Of a stretch of 64,000 bases of DNA, positions 36,581 to 46,613 are shown one piece after another. The position numbers were made by a program, and so were the translations under genes. Position 1 is the first letter of the stretch; each line of letters opens with the position of its first letter. The stretch spans positions 2,174 through 66,173 of the forward strand of contig SVGS01000016.1 of assembly GCA_015056205.1 (NCBI GenBank), read 5' to 3'. Below the pieces are notes generated by a model. That model saw nothing but the letters and a program-made list of their open reading frames with translations. It was not told where the DNA came from and ran no database searches. This DNA comes from Clostridiales bacterium (GTDB lineage Bacteria > Bacillota > Clostridia > Christensenellales > Aristaeellaceae).

Positions 36581-38086
36581 ATGAAGAAACTCGTTTCCCT
36601 GCTGCTGGCATGCTGCATGCTGCTCAGCCTGAGCGCCGCCTTCGCCGAAGCGAAGACGGAACTCACCGCCTTCCAGTACGCCCTGGAGAACCAGAACACC
36701 GACTTTAACGGCCTCTGGTTCTTTGAGGAGCTGGAGAAGAAGACCGGCACCCACGTCACCTTCCAGATGGTGAAGGACGCCGACTGGGCCACGAACGTCA
36801 ACCTGATGTTCGCCGTTCCGGACCAGATGCCCGACATGATCCTCCGCCACGCGGTGGACGTGGAGGAATACGGCGTATCCCAGGGCCTGCTGCTTCCGCT
36901 GGATGAATACCTGACCGAGGAGATCATGCCCAACTACGTCAGCCGCCTGCACATCAACAACGCCGGCGACTCCATTCCCGCCAGCGACGGCAAAACCTAC
37001 TACATCGGATTCCTGATGGCCCAGAACGTAAACCATACCGGCACCTGGTACGTGAATCAGAAGGAGCTGGACAAACTGGGCAAAGCCGTTCCGACCACCA
37101 TCGGCGAAGTCACCGAGCTGCTCCGGGCTATGAAGGCCGACGGGATCAAGTGGCCCTTCTCCGCCTCCTACACCCAGTTCGGGCCGGAAACCATCTGGAA
37201 TCAGTTCGCCTCCTTCGGCGTGCCGGAGAACACCTACTACTACTTCATCGACGAGAACAACAAGGTGCAGTTCACCTGCGCCCAGGACGGCTGGCGCGCC
37301 TGCGTCGAATGGCTGCATCAGCTGTATGAAGAGGAACTGATGGATCCGGAATCCCTGACCCAGGATTCCAACCTGTGGGCCAACAAGGTCAACGACGGCG
37401 AGGTCGGCTACTTCTGCTACCTGCGCCTGATCAACACCGCCATCAAAGCGGAGAACGTGGAAAACTTCAAGTCCATCCTGCCCCCCGCCGCGGACGGCTT
37501 CAAGGCCTGCGTGTCCCAGATTCTGGAAGTGCCCGAAGCCGGCGCCTACCTGACGAAGAACTGCAAGGATCCCGTGGCGGCCCTGAAGTGGATCGACGCC
37601 CAGCTGGAGACCGAAACCATGATGGTTTCCCTGAACGGCAAGGTCGGCGAGCAGATCGTGCTGAACGACCAGGGCAAGTACGAAGTGATCGATATCCCGG
37701 CGGACAACGGCCTGTATCAGTTCGTGCCGGTCACGATGGGCCAGTTCTTCGCCCCCGGCGACTACTACACCTCCATCTACCAGATGGCGCCCCACCGTGT
37801 GGAACGCTACGAGGACAGCAAGACCTACGCGGAAGCCGGCGTGCTGGAGAGCAAAAGCTTCCAGTATCTGCGGGATCTGAGCAAGATGAGCAACGAGGAC
37901 GCCACCGAAGCCGCGGATATCTATACCGAGCTGCAGAAGCTGGTCGAGGAATCCTTTGCCAACTTCGTGCGCAACGGCGTCACCGACGAGAGCTGGAACG
38001 CCTTCCAGGAGCAGGCGAAGGCCATCGGGGCGGAGCGGTATATCGCCCTGTATCAGAACGCGTACGACGCCTACCTGGCCAAGTAA
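36581..38086 (+). CDS. Extracellular solute-binding protein (LplA type)
   Basis: 501 aa with a signal peptide (MKKLVSLLLACCMLLSLSAAFA) and the large SBP family-1 layout. Confidence 0.88.
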   Translation: MKKLVSLLLACCMLLSLSAAFAEAKTELTAFQYALENQNTDFNGLWFFEELEKKTGTHVTFQMVKDADWATNVNLMFAVPDQMPDMILRHAVDVEEYGVSQGLLLPLDEYLTEEIMPNYVSRLHINNAGDSIPASDGKTYYIGFLMAQNVNHTGTWYVNQKELDKLGKAVPTTIGEVTELLRAMKADGIKWPFSASYTQFGPETIWNQFASFGVPENTYYYFIDENNKVQFTCAQDGWRACVEWLHQLYEEELMDPESLTQDSNLWANKVNDGEVGYFCYLRLINTAIKAENVENFKSILPPAADGFKACVSQILEVPEAGAYLTKNCKDPVAALKWIDAQLETETMMVSLNGKVGEQIVLNDQGKYEVIDIPADNGLYQFVPVTMGQFFAPGDYYTSIYQMAPHRVERYEDSKTYAEAGVLESKSFQYLRDLSKMSNEDATEAADIYTELQKLVEESFANFVRNGVTDESWNAFQEQAKAIGAERYIALYQNAYDAYLAK

Positions 38087-38203
38087 AAACCTTGAACAGG
38101 GCGGCCCGGGATGCTAAAATATCAGCATCCGGAGCCGCCGGGCACTGCCCCGGGAACCCGTTTTCCGGCGGCAGTGCCCGTTTTGTTTTCAGAAGGAGCC
38201 GCT

Positions 38204-39766
38204 ATGAATCATTCCGTGAAAAAGATCCGCCTGCTGACTTCCGTTTTGCTCTCTTTCCTCCTGCTGACGGGGTGCGCTTCCCCGCAGCCGGAGAAAAAGG
38301 CCGCCGCTCCCGGTGTATCGCTTTCGGCGCTGCAGTACGAAATCGAGAACATCGCGGTGGACTTCAGCAACATGTGGTTTTATCAGCAGATTGAAGCGCA
38401 GACGGGCGTCCACGTGGATTTTACGGAGGTCAAGGATTCCGAGTGGAGCAGCTCCGTCGGCCTGGCCTTCGTCCGGGGAAAAATGCCGGATATGATCCTG
38501 CGGGGCTCCCTGGACGTGGAAACCTACGGCGTAACCCGCCATCTGCTGATCCCGCTGGAGGATTATATCGACCGGGGCTTCCTGCCCAACTACGCCGCCC
38601 GGATGAATCAGGCCGGCCTGCGGGAACAGCTGACCGCTTCCGACGGGCACATCTATCAGCTGGGCTTTCTGATTTCCCAGGGCGTCAACACGAACGGCCA
38701 TTTTTTCATCAATCAGGCCTGGCTGGACCGGCTCGGGCTCCCCGTTCCCGAAACCGCGGAGCAGCTGACAGAAACCCTCCGGCATTTCCGGGACGACGAT
38801 CCCAACGGCAACGGACAGCGGGATGAAATCCCGCTGGAATGCACCTTTGACGACAACATTACCGGGATCTACAATCTGTTTTCCTTCTTCGGGCTGCCCC
38901 TGAACGAGGACTATATCTACGTAGACCGGGAGGGAAAGGTACGCTTCGCCCCGGAGGAGGACGCGTTTTTCGACGCGCTGGCCTGGCTGCACCAGCTGTA
39001 CCGGGAAGGGCTTCTGAGCGCGGACTTCATCAGCCAGGGAAGCAGCATCTGGGCCGCCCGGGTCAACGAGGGCAATACGGGGCTTTTCAGCTACTGGCGG
39101 CTGCAGAACACGGCGCTTTCCCCCGGCGTGGCCGAACAGTACCGGGTGATGCTGCCGGTTCACGCGGAGGGAAAAGAAGCGTGCCTGCCGCGAAACATGG
39201 ACATCATCGAGTTCGGGGCGGCGCTGACCGTCGACAATCGGAACATCGAGGCCAGCCTCCGGTGGCTGGACGCCCAGTTTGAAACGGAAAACATGCTCAT
39301 ATCGCAGAACGGCGCCGTCGGCGACACGCTGATCCGCCGGGAGGACGGCCGCTACGAGGTCCGCTATGTTCCCCCGGACAACGAGCTGTATCAGTCGGTT
39401 CCCGTCATCTGCGGCCAGTTTTTCGCGCCGGCGGAATACTATAATTCCGTATACGTTCCGGCAGCGCACCGGCAGGAAAAGGCGGGCTACTGCGCCCTGT
39501 ACGAACAATCCGGAGTACTTGAACCCGTATCCTGCAAGATTCTGACCTCCGTCGCGTCCAAGACCCTGGAGCAGTCCGCCGCGGTCTCCCGGCTGAAGGC
39601 AAAGCTGAAGGCGCTGACGGACGCCGGGATCGTCGCCATGGTTACCCGGGGCGTGACGGAGGAGCAGCGGGAAGCCTTCCGGAAGCAGCTGCGGGAAAAC
39701 GGAAGCGGGGACTATCAGCGGATTTACCAGCAGATATACGACCGCTGGAAGGAGAAGGAACCGTGA
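38204..39766 (+). CDS. Extracellular solute-binding lipoprotein (second LplA-type paralogue)
   Basis: Lipobox LLLTGC. Collinear similarity to the preceding SBP (for example MPDMILR, WLHQLY, WLDAQ.ETE). GAAGGAG RBS before ATG 38204. Confidence 0.88.
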   Translation: MNHSVKKIRLLTSVLLSFLLLTGCASPQPEKKAAAPGVSLSALQYEIENIAVDFSNMWFYQQIEAQTGVHVDFTEVKDSEWSSSVGLAFVRGKMPDMILRGSLDVETYGVTRHLLIPLEDYIDRGFLPNYAARMNQAGLREQLTASDGHIYQLGFLISQGVNTNGHFFINQAWLDRLGLPVPETAEQLTETLRHFRDDDPNGNGQRDEIPLECTFDDNITGIYNLFSFFGLPLNEDYIYVDREGKVRFAPEEDAFFDALAWLHQLYREGLLSADFISQGSSIWAARVNEGNTGLFSYWRLQNTALSPGVAEQYRVMLPVHAEGKEACLPRNMDIIEFGAALTVDNRNIEASLRWLDAQFETENMLISQNGAVGDTLIRREDGRYEVRYVPPDNELYQSVPVICGQFFAPAEYYNSVYVPAAHRQEKAGYCALYEQSGVLEPVSCKILTSVASKTLEQSAAVSRLKAKLKALTDAGIVAMVTRGVTEEQREAFRKQLRENGSGDYQRIYQQIYDRWKEKEP

Positions 39767-42036
39767 TCAGAAAAAGCAGATCCTCCGTTTTCATACGCTA
39801 CGCGTTTTCGTATATCGCGGTGGTGCTGCTGCTCTTTTTCAGCATCACGGGCTATCTGTATGTGCGGCTGAGCGCCCGGACCCGGGAGGATATCATCGAA
39901 AACCAGATCAACCGGCTCTCCCGGATTTCCGCGCAGCACGAAAGCTATCTCTCCGCCATGCTGAACACCGCGGAGGAAATCGGCCTCAGTCCGGACATCG
40001 GATTTTTCCGGTACGACGAGGAGCCCTGGAAGGCCTATGACCTGCAGCTGAAGCTGGTTCCCTACACCACCACCGCCAACACCTTCTGCGGCCAGGTTTT
40101 TCTGTATTTTTCCGGGGACGACCGGATTTATTCCTCCTCTTCCTCCATGGAGCTTTCCCTTTTCGCGCGCATGATGCGGTACGAATCCGTGCCCATGGAG
40201 CGCCTGACCTCCCTGATCAAGAGCGCCGACAGGCTGACGATCCTGCCGGCCCAGCAGGTATCCTCCACCCTCGTGGACAGCTCACGTGTGGTCACCTTTC
40301 TCGTTCCCCTGGGCACCAGCCCGGGAGCCGTCAGGGGCCTGCTGATTTTTCCGGTCAAGGACAGCGTATACCAGTCGCTCTTTGCCGACGCCATCGAGGG
40401 GCACATCAACACCTATATCCTGCAGGAGGAGGTGCTGCTGGCCTCCTCCGAGGAGCTGCCGGTGCCCCGCGACCGGCTGGAGCCCTCCCGGGAAACCGCC
40501 TCCCGGCTTTTCAGCTGGAACGGAGAGGACTGGACGCAGGTCACCTTTTCCGGGAAAAACCAGGGGCTCTGGTACGCCGCGGTTCTCCGGAACGCGGAGA
40601 TCGATTCCGCCGTGGGCCGGCAGCTGCTAAGCAACCTGGCCATTCTGCCGGTTTTTGTCTGCCTGAGCATTCTCCTGGCGCTGTGGATGGCCAGGCGCCA
40701 CGCCCAACCGATCCGCGAAATTACCGGCATGCTCTCCGGCGGGGAAAGCGAAACGCCCCGCGACGAGCTGCAGCAGATTTCCACGGGAATCCGTCAGCTG
40801 ACCACGCGGAACCAGGAGCTGACCTCCCGGCTGGACCGGGCCCTTCCCGTTCAGCGACATGATTTTGTGTTCCGGTTTGTCAAAGGCCGGTTCGCTTCAA
40901 AAGAGGAAGCCGCCGCCGCGGGCCGGGCCGTGGGACTGGAAATCGACCGGGCGGTCTACGCGGTGATTCTTTCCGGCGGCAGCGGGGGCGAGGATCACCC
41001 CGTGGACCTGGGCGCGCCCCTTTTCAGCGGTTTTAACGGTTACTCCGGAGCCGGGGTGGAGCTGGTCGCGCTGAAGGCGGCCCTGTATCTCATTTTCACC
41101 GACGAGCCCGCAACGATTTTCGGCATAGCCGAGGCCATCCGCCGGGAAGGAGAAGCCGGCGGCGGCCTCTGCGTGACCGCAGTTTCCCTTCCCCACGGCG
41201 ATTTTTCGGAGGCTCCTTCCGCCTATCTGGAGGCGTCCGCCGCCTATGAAAACCGCTTCGTGATGGGCAGCCAGAAGGTGCTCCGGTACAGCGATATCGC
41301 CTCCAACCTGCCGGAGGTTCTGCCCCAGGCGCGCCGGATCACGACCTCCATCAGCCAGGCGCTGACCCTCGGCAGCCGGGAGGTGCTGGACGGCCGGATC
41401 AGCGATCTGCTGCATTTCCTGAAGAACACCAATATGTCGCCCTTCGCCTTCCGGATGATTTACAGCGACGTGATCAATTCCCTGATTCACACCCATTCGG
41501 CCGCCCTGTCGGGCAGCGGCCCCGTGCATGAGCTTTACAATATCTTTTCCCTGACCTCCTGCCAGTCCATCGACGATCTGGACGAGCTCCTCCGGAGCCT
41601 GTGCGACCGCCTGCTCAGCGGGGAAATGGAAAGCGGCGGGCCGCCCGCCGAGGCGGATGAAATCAGCCAGGTGGTCCGCTATATGGAGGAGCACTTCCGC
41701 GATCCCGAAATCTCCATCACCGCGCTGGCCGACTCCTTCGAGATGTCCACGGCCCGCTTCAGCGTTTCCTTCAAGGAGAAGATGGGCATGTCCCCGCTGG
41801 AATACCTGACGCTTCTCCGGGTGGAATACGCCAAAGAGCTGCTGGCGACCACCGGGCTGACCATCCGGGAAATCAGCACGCAGAGCGGCTACTACGACCC
41901 GGGTTCCTTCATCCGCCGCTTCAAGCAGGTCACCGGCGAAACGCCGCTGCAGTACCGCCGCGGCCGGGACGGTCAGAGCGCCGCCTGCAGCCTGAGCCAG
42001 AACCGCGCGTCCCCGGCGGCTTCCCGGAACGGATAG
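39763..42036 (+). CDS. Membrane-anchored AraC-family transcriptional regulator (one-component sensor)
   Basis: 757 aa with two TM segments (about residues 10-35 and 290-312) flanking an extracytoplasmic region. The C-terminus has a dual AraC HTH (ISITALADSFEMSTARFSVSFKEKMGMSPLEYL...IREISTQSGYYDPGSFIRRFK). The GTG start overlaps the SBP stop. Confidence 0.85.
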   Translation: MIRKSRSSVFIRYAFSYIAVVLLLFFSITGYLYVRLSARTREDIIENQINRLSRISAQHESYLSAMLNTAEEIGLSPDIGFFRYDEEPWKAYDLQLKLVPYTTTANTFCGQVFLYFSGDDRIYSSSSSMELSLFARMMRYESVPMERLTSLIKSADRLTILPAQQVSSTLVDSSRVVTFLVPLGTSPGAVRGLLIFPVKDSVYQSLFADAIEGHINTYILQEEVLLASSEELPVPRDRLEPSRETASRLFSWNGEDWTQVTFSGKNQGLWYAAVLRNAEIDSAVGRQLLSNLAILPVFVCLSILLALWMARRHAQPIREITGMLSGGESETPRDELQQISTGIRQLTTRNQELTSRLDRALPVQRHDFVFRFVKGRFASKEEAAAAGRAVGLEIDRAVYAVILSGGSGGEDHPVDLGAPLFSGFNGYSGAGVELVALKAALYLIFTDEPATIFGIAEAIRREGEAGGGLCVTAVSLPHGDFSEAPSAYLEASAAYENRFVMGSQKVLRYSDIASNLPEVLPQARRITTSISQALTLGSREVLDGRISDLLHFLKNTNMSPFAFRMIYSDVINSLIHTHSAALSGSGPVHELYNIFSLTSCQSIDDLDELLRSLCDRLLSGEMESGGPPAEADEISQVVRYMEEHFRDPEISITALADSFEMSTARFSVSFKEKMGMSPLEYLTLLRVEYAKELLATTGLTIREISTQSGYYDPGSFIRRFKQVTGETPLQYRRGRDGQSAACSLSQNRASPAASRNG

Positions 42037-42107
42037 GGCGAGGGCCCGCCGGATCCCACAATCACATAAGAAAGCATCGCCGCAGCCCCTCCCCTTCCTG
42101 TATTTTG

Positions 42108-44849
42108 TCACGGATCTTCCGTTTTGATTTCCGCGGGTCCGGTCATGCCGAAGGAACGGATGTAGCGGCCGATCCGGATATGGTCCCGCATATAGCGGAG
42201 CAGAATCTCCGCGCAGGCGCGGCTGTCGCTGTCCGCCTGATGATGATCCAGCGGAATCTCGTACATCGCGCACAGGTCATTCAGCTTATGGCTGACCTTC
42301 GGAAGCTCCGCCCGGCCGATCCGGACCGTGCAGAGATACCGCACCAGGGGTTTCCACTGAATGCCGTAAGCCCGGAGGCATTTCTGCAGCACCGTCAGGT
42401 CGAAGGGCGCGTTATGCGCCACCAGAATCCCGCCGGACAGAATGGGCTCGATCCGCGGCCACAGCTCCCCGAAGGTCGGCGCCCCGGCGACCTTTTTTTC
42501 GTCAATTCCGGTTAACCGGACGTTGAAGTAATCGAAGGGCTGCTCGGGATTCACATAGCTGAAAAACTCCCGCACCACGCGGTCGCGCTCAATCACGGAG
42601 ATGCCGATGGCGCTCATGCGCTCGTTGGCCGCGTTGGGCGTTTCCACATCGAAGCAGATGTAACGCTGGTTTTCGGGCAGCCGGTCCGTTTTTCCGTTCA
42701 GCCGCTCCGCCAGCAGGGTATTGCGCCGGCTGACGTTCATATTCCGCACGCAGCATCCGACTGCCTTTTTCTGGCCGACCAGCACGATCGCCTTTTTCGC
42801 TCTCGTGACGCCCGTATACAGCAGGTTCCGCTGGAGCATCATGAAATGCGTCATCATGACCGGCATCACCACGATCGGGTATTCCGCTCCCTGCGCTTTA
42901 TGGATCGTGGTGGCATAGGCCAGCACGACCTCATCCAGCTCCATGGCGTCATAGGCCACGGAGCGGTCGTCAAAGCGGATCGTCAGCGTCCGCTCCGCCG
43001 GATCCAGGCTGTCAATGACGCCGATATCGCCGTTAAACACTTCCTTGTCATAATTGTTTTTAATCTGCATGACCTTGTCCCCGGGGCGGAACAGATATCC
43101 GCCGCGGCGCAGCTCCGCGGGTTCGCCGTCCCGCGGCGGGGGAACCGGCGGATTCACCGCCGCCTGGAGAAGCTGATTCAGGTTCATCGCACCGACCGCT
43201 CCCCGCTGCATGGGGGTGAGAACCTGAATCGCCCGGGGCTCCGTATGGAAAAACTTCGGCAGGCGGTCCCGGACCAGGCTGACGATCGTCTGCGCCGCCT
43301 GCTCCGGATCCTCGGAAGCCTGGAAAAAGAAATCCGTTCCCTTTCCGTTGGAGAGATCCGGGAACTCGCCGTGATTGATCCGGTGCGCGTTGGTGATGAT
43401 CCGGCTGGAGGCGGCCTGGCGGAAGATTTTCGTCAGCATGATCACCGGAAAAACGCCGCTGTCGATGATATCCCGCAGCACGTTGCCCGCCCCGACGGAG
43501 GGCAGCTGATCCACGTCTCCCACCAGAATCAGGCGCATGGAATCCGGCACCGCGCGCAAAAGCGCGTTCATCAGGATGACATCCACCATGGAGCATTCAT
43601 CCACGATGAGCACATCCCCGTCCAGCGGGGTGTTTTCGTTTCGCTTATATCCCTCCGGCGGCTTGAACTCCAGCAGCCGGTGAATCGTTTTGGCCTCCAT
43701 CCCGGTCACTTCGGCCAGCCGTTTGGCCGCCCGGCCGGTGGGCGCGCACAGCAGAATCCGCTGCCCCGCAAAGGCATGGATAATCCCAAGGGTGGTGGTG
43801 CTCTTGCCGGTGCCCGGTCCTCCGGTCAGGATCATCACCTTGCTGCCGGCTGCCGTCCGGATCGCCCGGAGCTGGGTCTCGTCATATTCGATCCCGGGAA
43901 ACATTTCCTGCTGCTCCGCGGCCGGGCGCAGGGCTTCGGCGCCGGCAATCCGGCTGAGCCGGCTCTGCACGCCGACCTCCGCGTAATAAAAAGGCGGCAG
44001 ATAGATCGCGATCTGGTCCGTATCGGGAATCTGCGCCGTGATCACATCCTGCACCTGGGTCATATCCTCCAGGGCGGCCGAGAGAAGCGCCTCCTCCACC
44101 CCCAGCAGCTGACTGCCGGTTTCCAGCAGCTGATCCCGGGTCCCGTAGCAGTGGCCCTCCTCGGCCAGCTTATTCAGCGTATAAATCAGGCCGCTGCGCA
44201 GCCGGACAAACTGATCCTTTCCGAAGCCCAGCTTCGCGGCAATGGTATCCGCCGTTTTAAACCCGATCCCCCAGATATCGTCCGCGAGCCGGTAGGGATT
44301 CTCCTGCACGATTTTCAGGCTGTCCGCGCCGTACTGTTTATAAATCCGGGTGGCGTGGGCGGTGCTGACATCATGCCCCTGCAGAAAGAGCATGATATTT
44401 TTGATTTCCTTCTGTTCGGTCCAGCTCCGGGTGATCTGCTCCACCCGTTTGGCACCGATTCCCGGCACCTCGAACAGCCGGCCGGGATCCGTTTCGATCA
44501 CGTTCAGGGTATCCGCCCCGAAGCGGTTCACGATCTGTCTGGCGAACTTCGGGCCGATCCCCCGGATCAGGCCCGAGCCCAGATATTTTTCCATTCCGTA
44601 TACGGTTGCGGGAAGCGTTTCCTCAAACGTGATCACCTGAAACTGGCGGCCGTACCGGCTGTCGATCTTCCAGATTCCCCCCAGGGACAGCACCGATCCG
44701 ACATGGGCGTCCGGCATGGTGCCGACGACGGTCACCAGATCCGTATAGCCTTTCGCGGCGCACCGGAGCACGCTGTATCCCTCGGACTGATACGTAATCC
44801 GTTCCACCACGCACCGAAGGCGGTCCAGCGGTTTGCTGGGTTCCGGCAT
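42108..44849 (-). CDS. recD2: RecD2-type SF1B DNA helicase fused to a C-terminal DEDDh 3'-5' exonuclease domain
   Basis: Typical RecD2 N-terminus. Walker A GGPGTGKST, then LILVGDVDQLPSVGAG and TIHKAQGAEYP. The last ~184 aa (42108-42662) carry Exo I (FDVET), Exo II (HNAPFD) and Exo III (HHQADSD). Confidence 0.88.
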   Translation of the reverse strand: MPEPSKPLDRLRCVVERITYQSEGYSVLRCAAKGYTDLVTVVGTMPDAHVGSVLSLGGIWKIDSRYGRQFQVITFEETLPATVYGMEKYLGSGLIRGIGPKFARQIVNRFGADTLNVIETDPGRLFEVPGIGAKRVEQITRSWTEQKEIKNIMLFLQGHDVSTAHATRIYKQYGADSLKIVQENPYRLADDIWGIGFKTADTIAAKLGFGKDQFVRLRSGLIYTLNKLAEEGHCYGTRDQLLETGSQLLGVEEALLSAALEDMTQVQDVITAQIPDTDQIAIYLPPFYYAEVGVQSRLSRIAGAEALRPAAEQQEMFPGIEYDETQLRAIRTAAGSKVMILTGGPGTGKSTTTLGIIHAFAGQRILLCAPTGRAAKRLAEVTGMEAKTIHRLLEFKPPEGYKRNENTPLDGDVLIVDECSMVDVILMNALLRAVPDSMRLILVGDVDQLPSVGAGNVLRDIIDSGVFPVIMLTKIFRQAASSRIITNAHRINHGEFPDLSNGKGTDFFFQASEDPEQAAQTIVSLVRDRLPKFFHTEPRAIQVLTPMQRGAVGAMNLNQLLQAAVNPPVPPPRDGEPAELRRGGYLFRPGDKVMQIKNNYDKEVFNGDIGVIDSLDPAERTLTIRFDDRSVAYDAMELDEVVLAYATTIHKAQGAEYPIVVMPVMMTHFMMLQRNLLYTGVTRAKKAIVLVGQKKAVGCCVRNMNVSRRNTLLAERLNGKTDRLPENQRYICFDVETPNAANERMSAIGISVIERDRVVREFFSYVNPEQPFDYFNVRLTGIDEKKVAGAPTFGELWPRIEPILSGGILVAHNAPFDLTVLQKCLRAYGIQWKPLVRYLCTVRIGRAELPKVSHKLNDLCAMYEIPLDHHQADSDSRACAEILLRYMRDHIRIGRYIRSFGMTGPAEIKTEDP

Positions 44850-44910
44850 CGCTGATCCCCTCCTTCATTCTCAGGGCATCCTTCATCCCTCTTTTTTTCA
44901 GAACCGCCCC

Positions 44911-44939
44911 ATTATACAATATCCGCCCGGTTCTCTCAA
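44911..44939 (-). promoter_or_regulatory. SigA-type promoter upstream of recD2
   Basis: On the minus strand: TTGAGA (44934-44939), 17-nt spacer, TATAAT (44911-44916). Confidence 0.55.
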
Positions 44940-44956
44940 TACGGCGGCCCCGCGGT

Positions 44957-45841
44957 TCATTCCGGAAGATTTATTCCGGGGACGGCGTTCCCCGGCTCCC
45001 CGGGGCGATCCTCCTGGGGCGCGAAATAATGATCGCAGGCATACTGAAAATGCTTCTCAAAGGTTTCGATCGCCTGTCTGGATTCTTTCTTCGCCGGGAA
45101 GAGGATATCATAGGCATGGAACCAGCCGGGATAAACATCCGCCTCCGCGGGAATACCGGCCTCCCGGAGATGCCGGACGTAGTCCAGCGTTTCGCAGTAA
45201 AAGGGTTCAATCTCCCCGACATAGGTATAGCACGGCGGCAGCCCGCTGTAATCGGTTCTCCGCGCCGGCGCCGCGTAGCAGGACACGATGTCCGTCCCAT
45301 AAGCCTCCCGCAGATAGCGCTTCCACGCCTTGTGATTGCGCTTCGTGTTCCAGTTCAGCGCGTGATTGTCGCGGGAGGAAGGCGTATCCCGGTCATCCAG
45401 CATCGGATAAAGCGGCATCTGGAAGGCGATCCGCACTTTCCCCCGGTCATGCGCCAGCATGCACAGGGCGGCGGTCATGCCTCCGCCGGCGCTTTCCCCG
45501 CCGACCATAATCTGGTCCGGCCGCGCCCCGAGCTCCCCGGCATGCTCCTTCAGATACAAAAGGGCGGCATAGCAGTCCTGAAGGCCGGCGGGATACGGAT
45601 GTTTCCGGGAAAGCCGGTAATCGGGGGCCACCAGCACCGCGCCGAATTTCGTGACCAGGGACAGGGCGCGCGTCGCGAAGACCTCCTTCGCGGATCCCGA
45701 CTGATAGCCCCCGCCGTGAACCCACAGCACGCCGGGCGCCGGTCCGGCGGAGCGGTTCAGCGGGCGCAGAATCAGAATGCCGACGGAATGATCCCCCGCC
45801 GGAATTTTTCGCTTCTCGATCAGAAAAGGGTGTTTTTTCAT
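44957..45841 (-). CDS. Alpha/beta hydrolase (esterase/lipase, HSL-like)
   Basis: Oxyanion motif HGGGY and nucleophile elbow GESAGG. Confidence 0.9.
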   Translation of the reverse strand: MKKHPFLIEKRKIPAGDHSVGILILRPLNRSAGPAPGVLWVHGGGYQSGSAKEVFATRALSLVTKFGAVLVAPDYRLSRKHPYPAGLQDCYAALLYLKEHAGELGARPDQIMVGGESAGGGMTAALCMLAHDRGKVRIAFQMPLYPMLDDRDTPSSRDNHALNWNTKRNHKAWKRYLREAYGTDIVSCYAAPARRTDYSGLPPCYTYVGEIEPFYCETLDYVRHLREAGIPAEADVYPGWFHAYDILFPAKKESRQAIETFEKHFQYACDHYFAPQEDRPGEPGNAVPGINLPE

Positions 45842-45857
45842 ATCGGTCTCCGCCGCC

Positions 45858-46544
45858 TTAATAGAAAAAGCGCTTCTTCATATGCTGATGCATGGCGGGA
45901 ATCAGTCCGGACACGAGCAGAAAAACCCCGCAGATTCCGCAGACCGCCACGGTATACAGGCTCCACTGGAACATCCGGGTTCCGAAGGTAATGGATTCAA
46001 AGAACTCAATCAGGATCGTGAAACCGCCCAGCAGGATCATGAAGCCGCCGAGAATGATCAGCTTTCCTCCCCGGGCATACTTCAGCAGGCAGACCAGGGC
46101 GGTCATCAGCAGGCAGCTGATTCCCGTGACCGGGAAGGCAAAGGACAGAAACCACCGCCCGCCGGATTTCAGGCAGGTATAGAGCAGGAAAAGCGCGATC
46201 GCCGCGTGGTCCACCGGCACAAAAACCTCCGCCGGCGCGTTTCTGAACCATCGCGGGAGGACGAACAGGATATATCCCAGCGCGATTCCGGTCAGGGCAT
46301 AGCCTCCCCAGCGCAGCTCCCCGTACCGTTTCAGGCAGGCGATGAAGATGATCAGCGCCGCCAGGACGCACAGCACCGTCAGCGCGATGGCCGCGGGCTT
46401 GCCCGATTCCTCATGCCGGACGGGCAGCGCCGCCGGAAAATTCTTTTCCTCCGTCATCTGATCCGGATTCCATACCGGCGTCCCGCAGAGGGGGCAGGTG
46501 TTCACGCCCTCCCGCAGCCTGACGCCGCATCTGACACAGTACAT
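45858..46544 (-). CDS. Zinc-ribbon domain membrane protein
   Basis: N-terminal CVRCG...CPLCG followed by about 5 TM segments. Confidence 0.75.
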   Translation of the reverse strand: MYCVRCGVRLREGVNTCPLCGTPVWNPDQMTEEKNFPAALPVRHEESGKPAAIALTVLCVLAALIIFIACLKRYGELRWGGYALTGIALGYILFVLPRWFRNAPAEVFVPVDHAAIALFLLYTCLKSGGRWFLSFAFPVTGISCLLMTALVCLLKYARGGKLIILGGFMILLGGFTILIEFFESITFGTRMFQWSLYTVAVCGICGVFLLVSGLIPAMHQHMKKRFFY

Positions 46545-46613
46545 ATTTCCCTCTTTCCGTCCTTCGCGGCCTGACCGGCCGCCGGGGCGATCGCATATTC
46601 TGATCCGCCGCTT

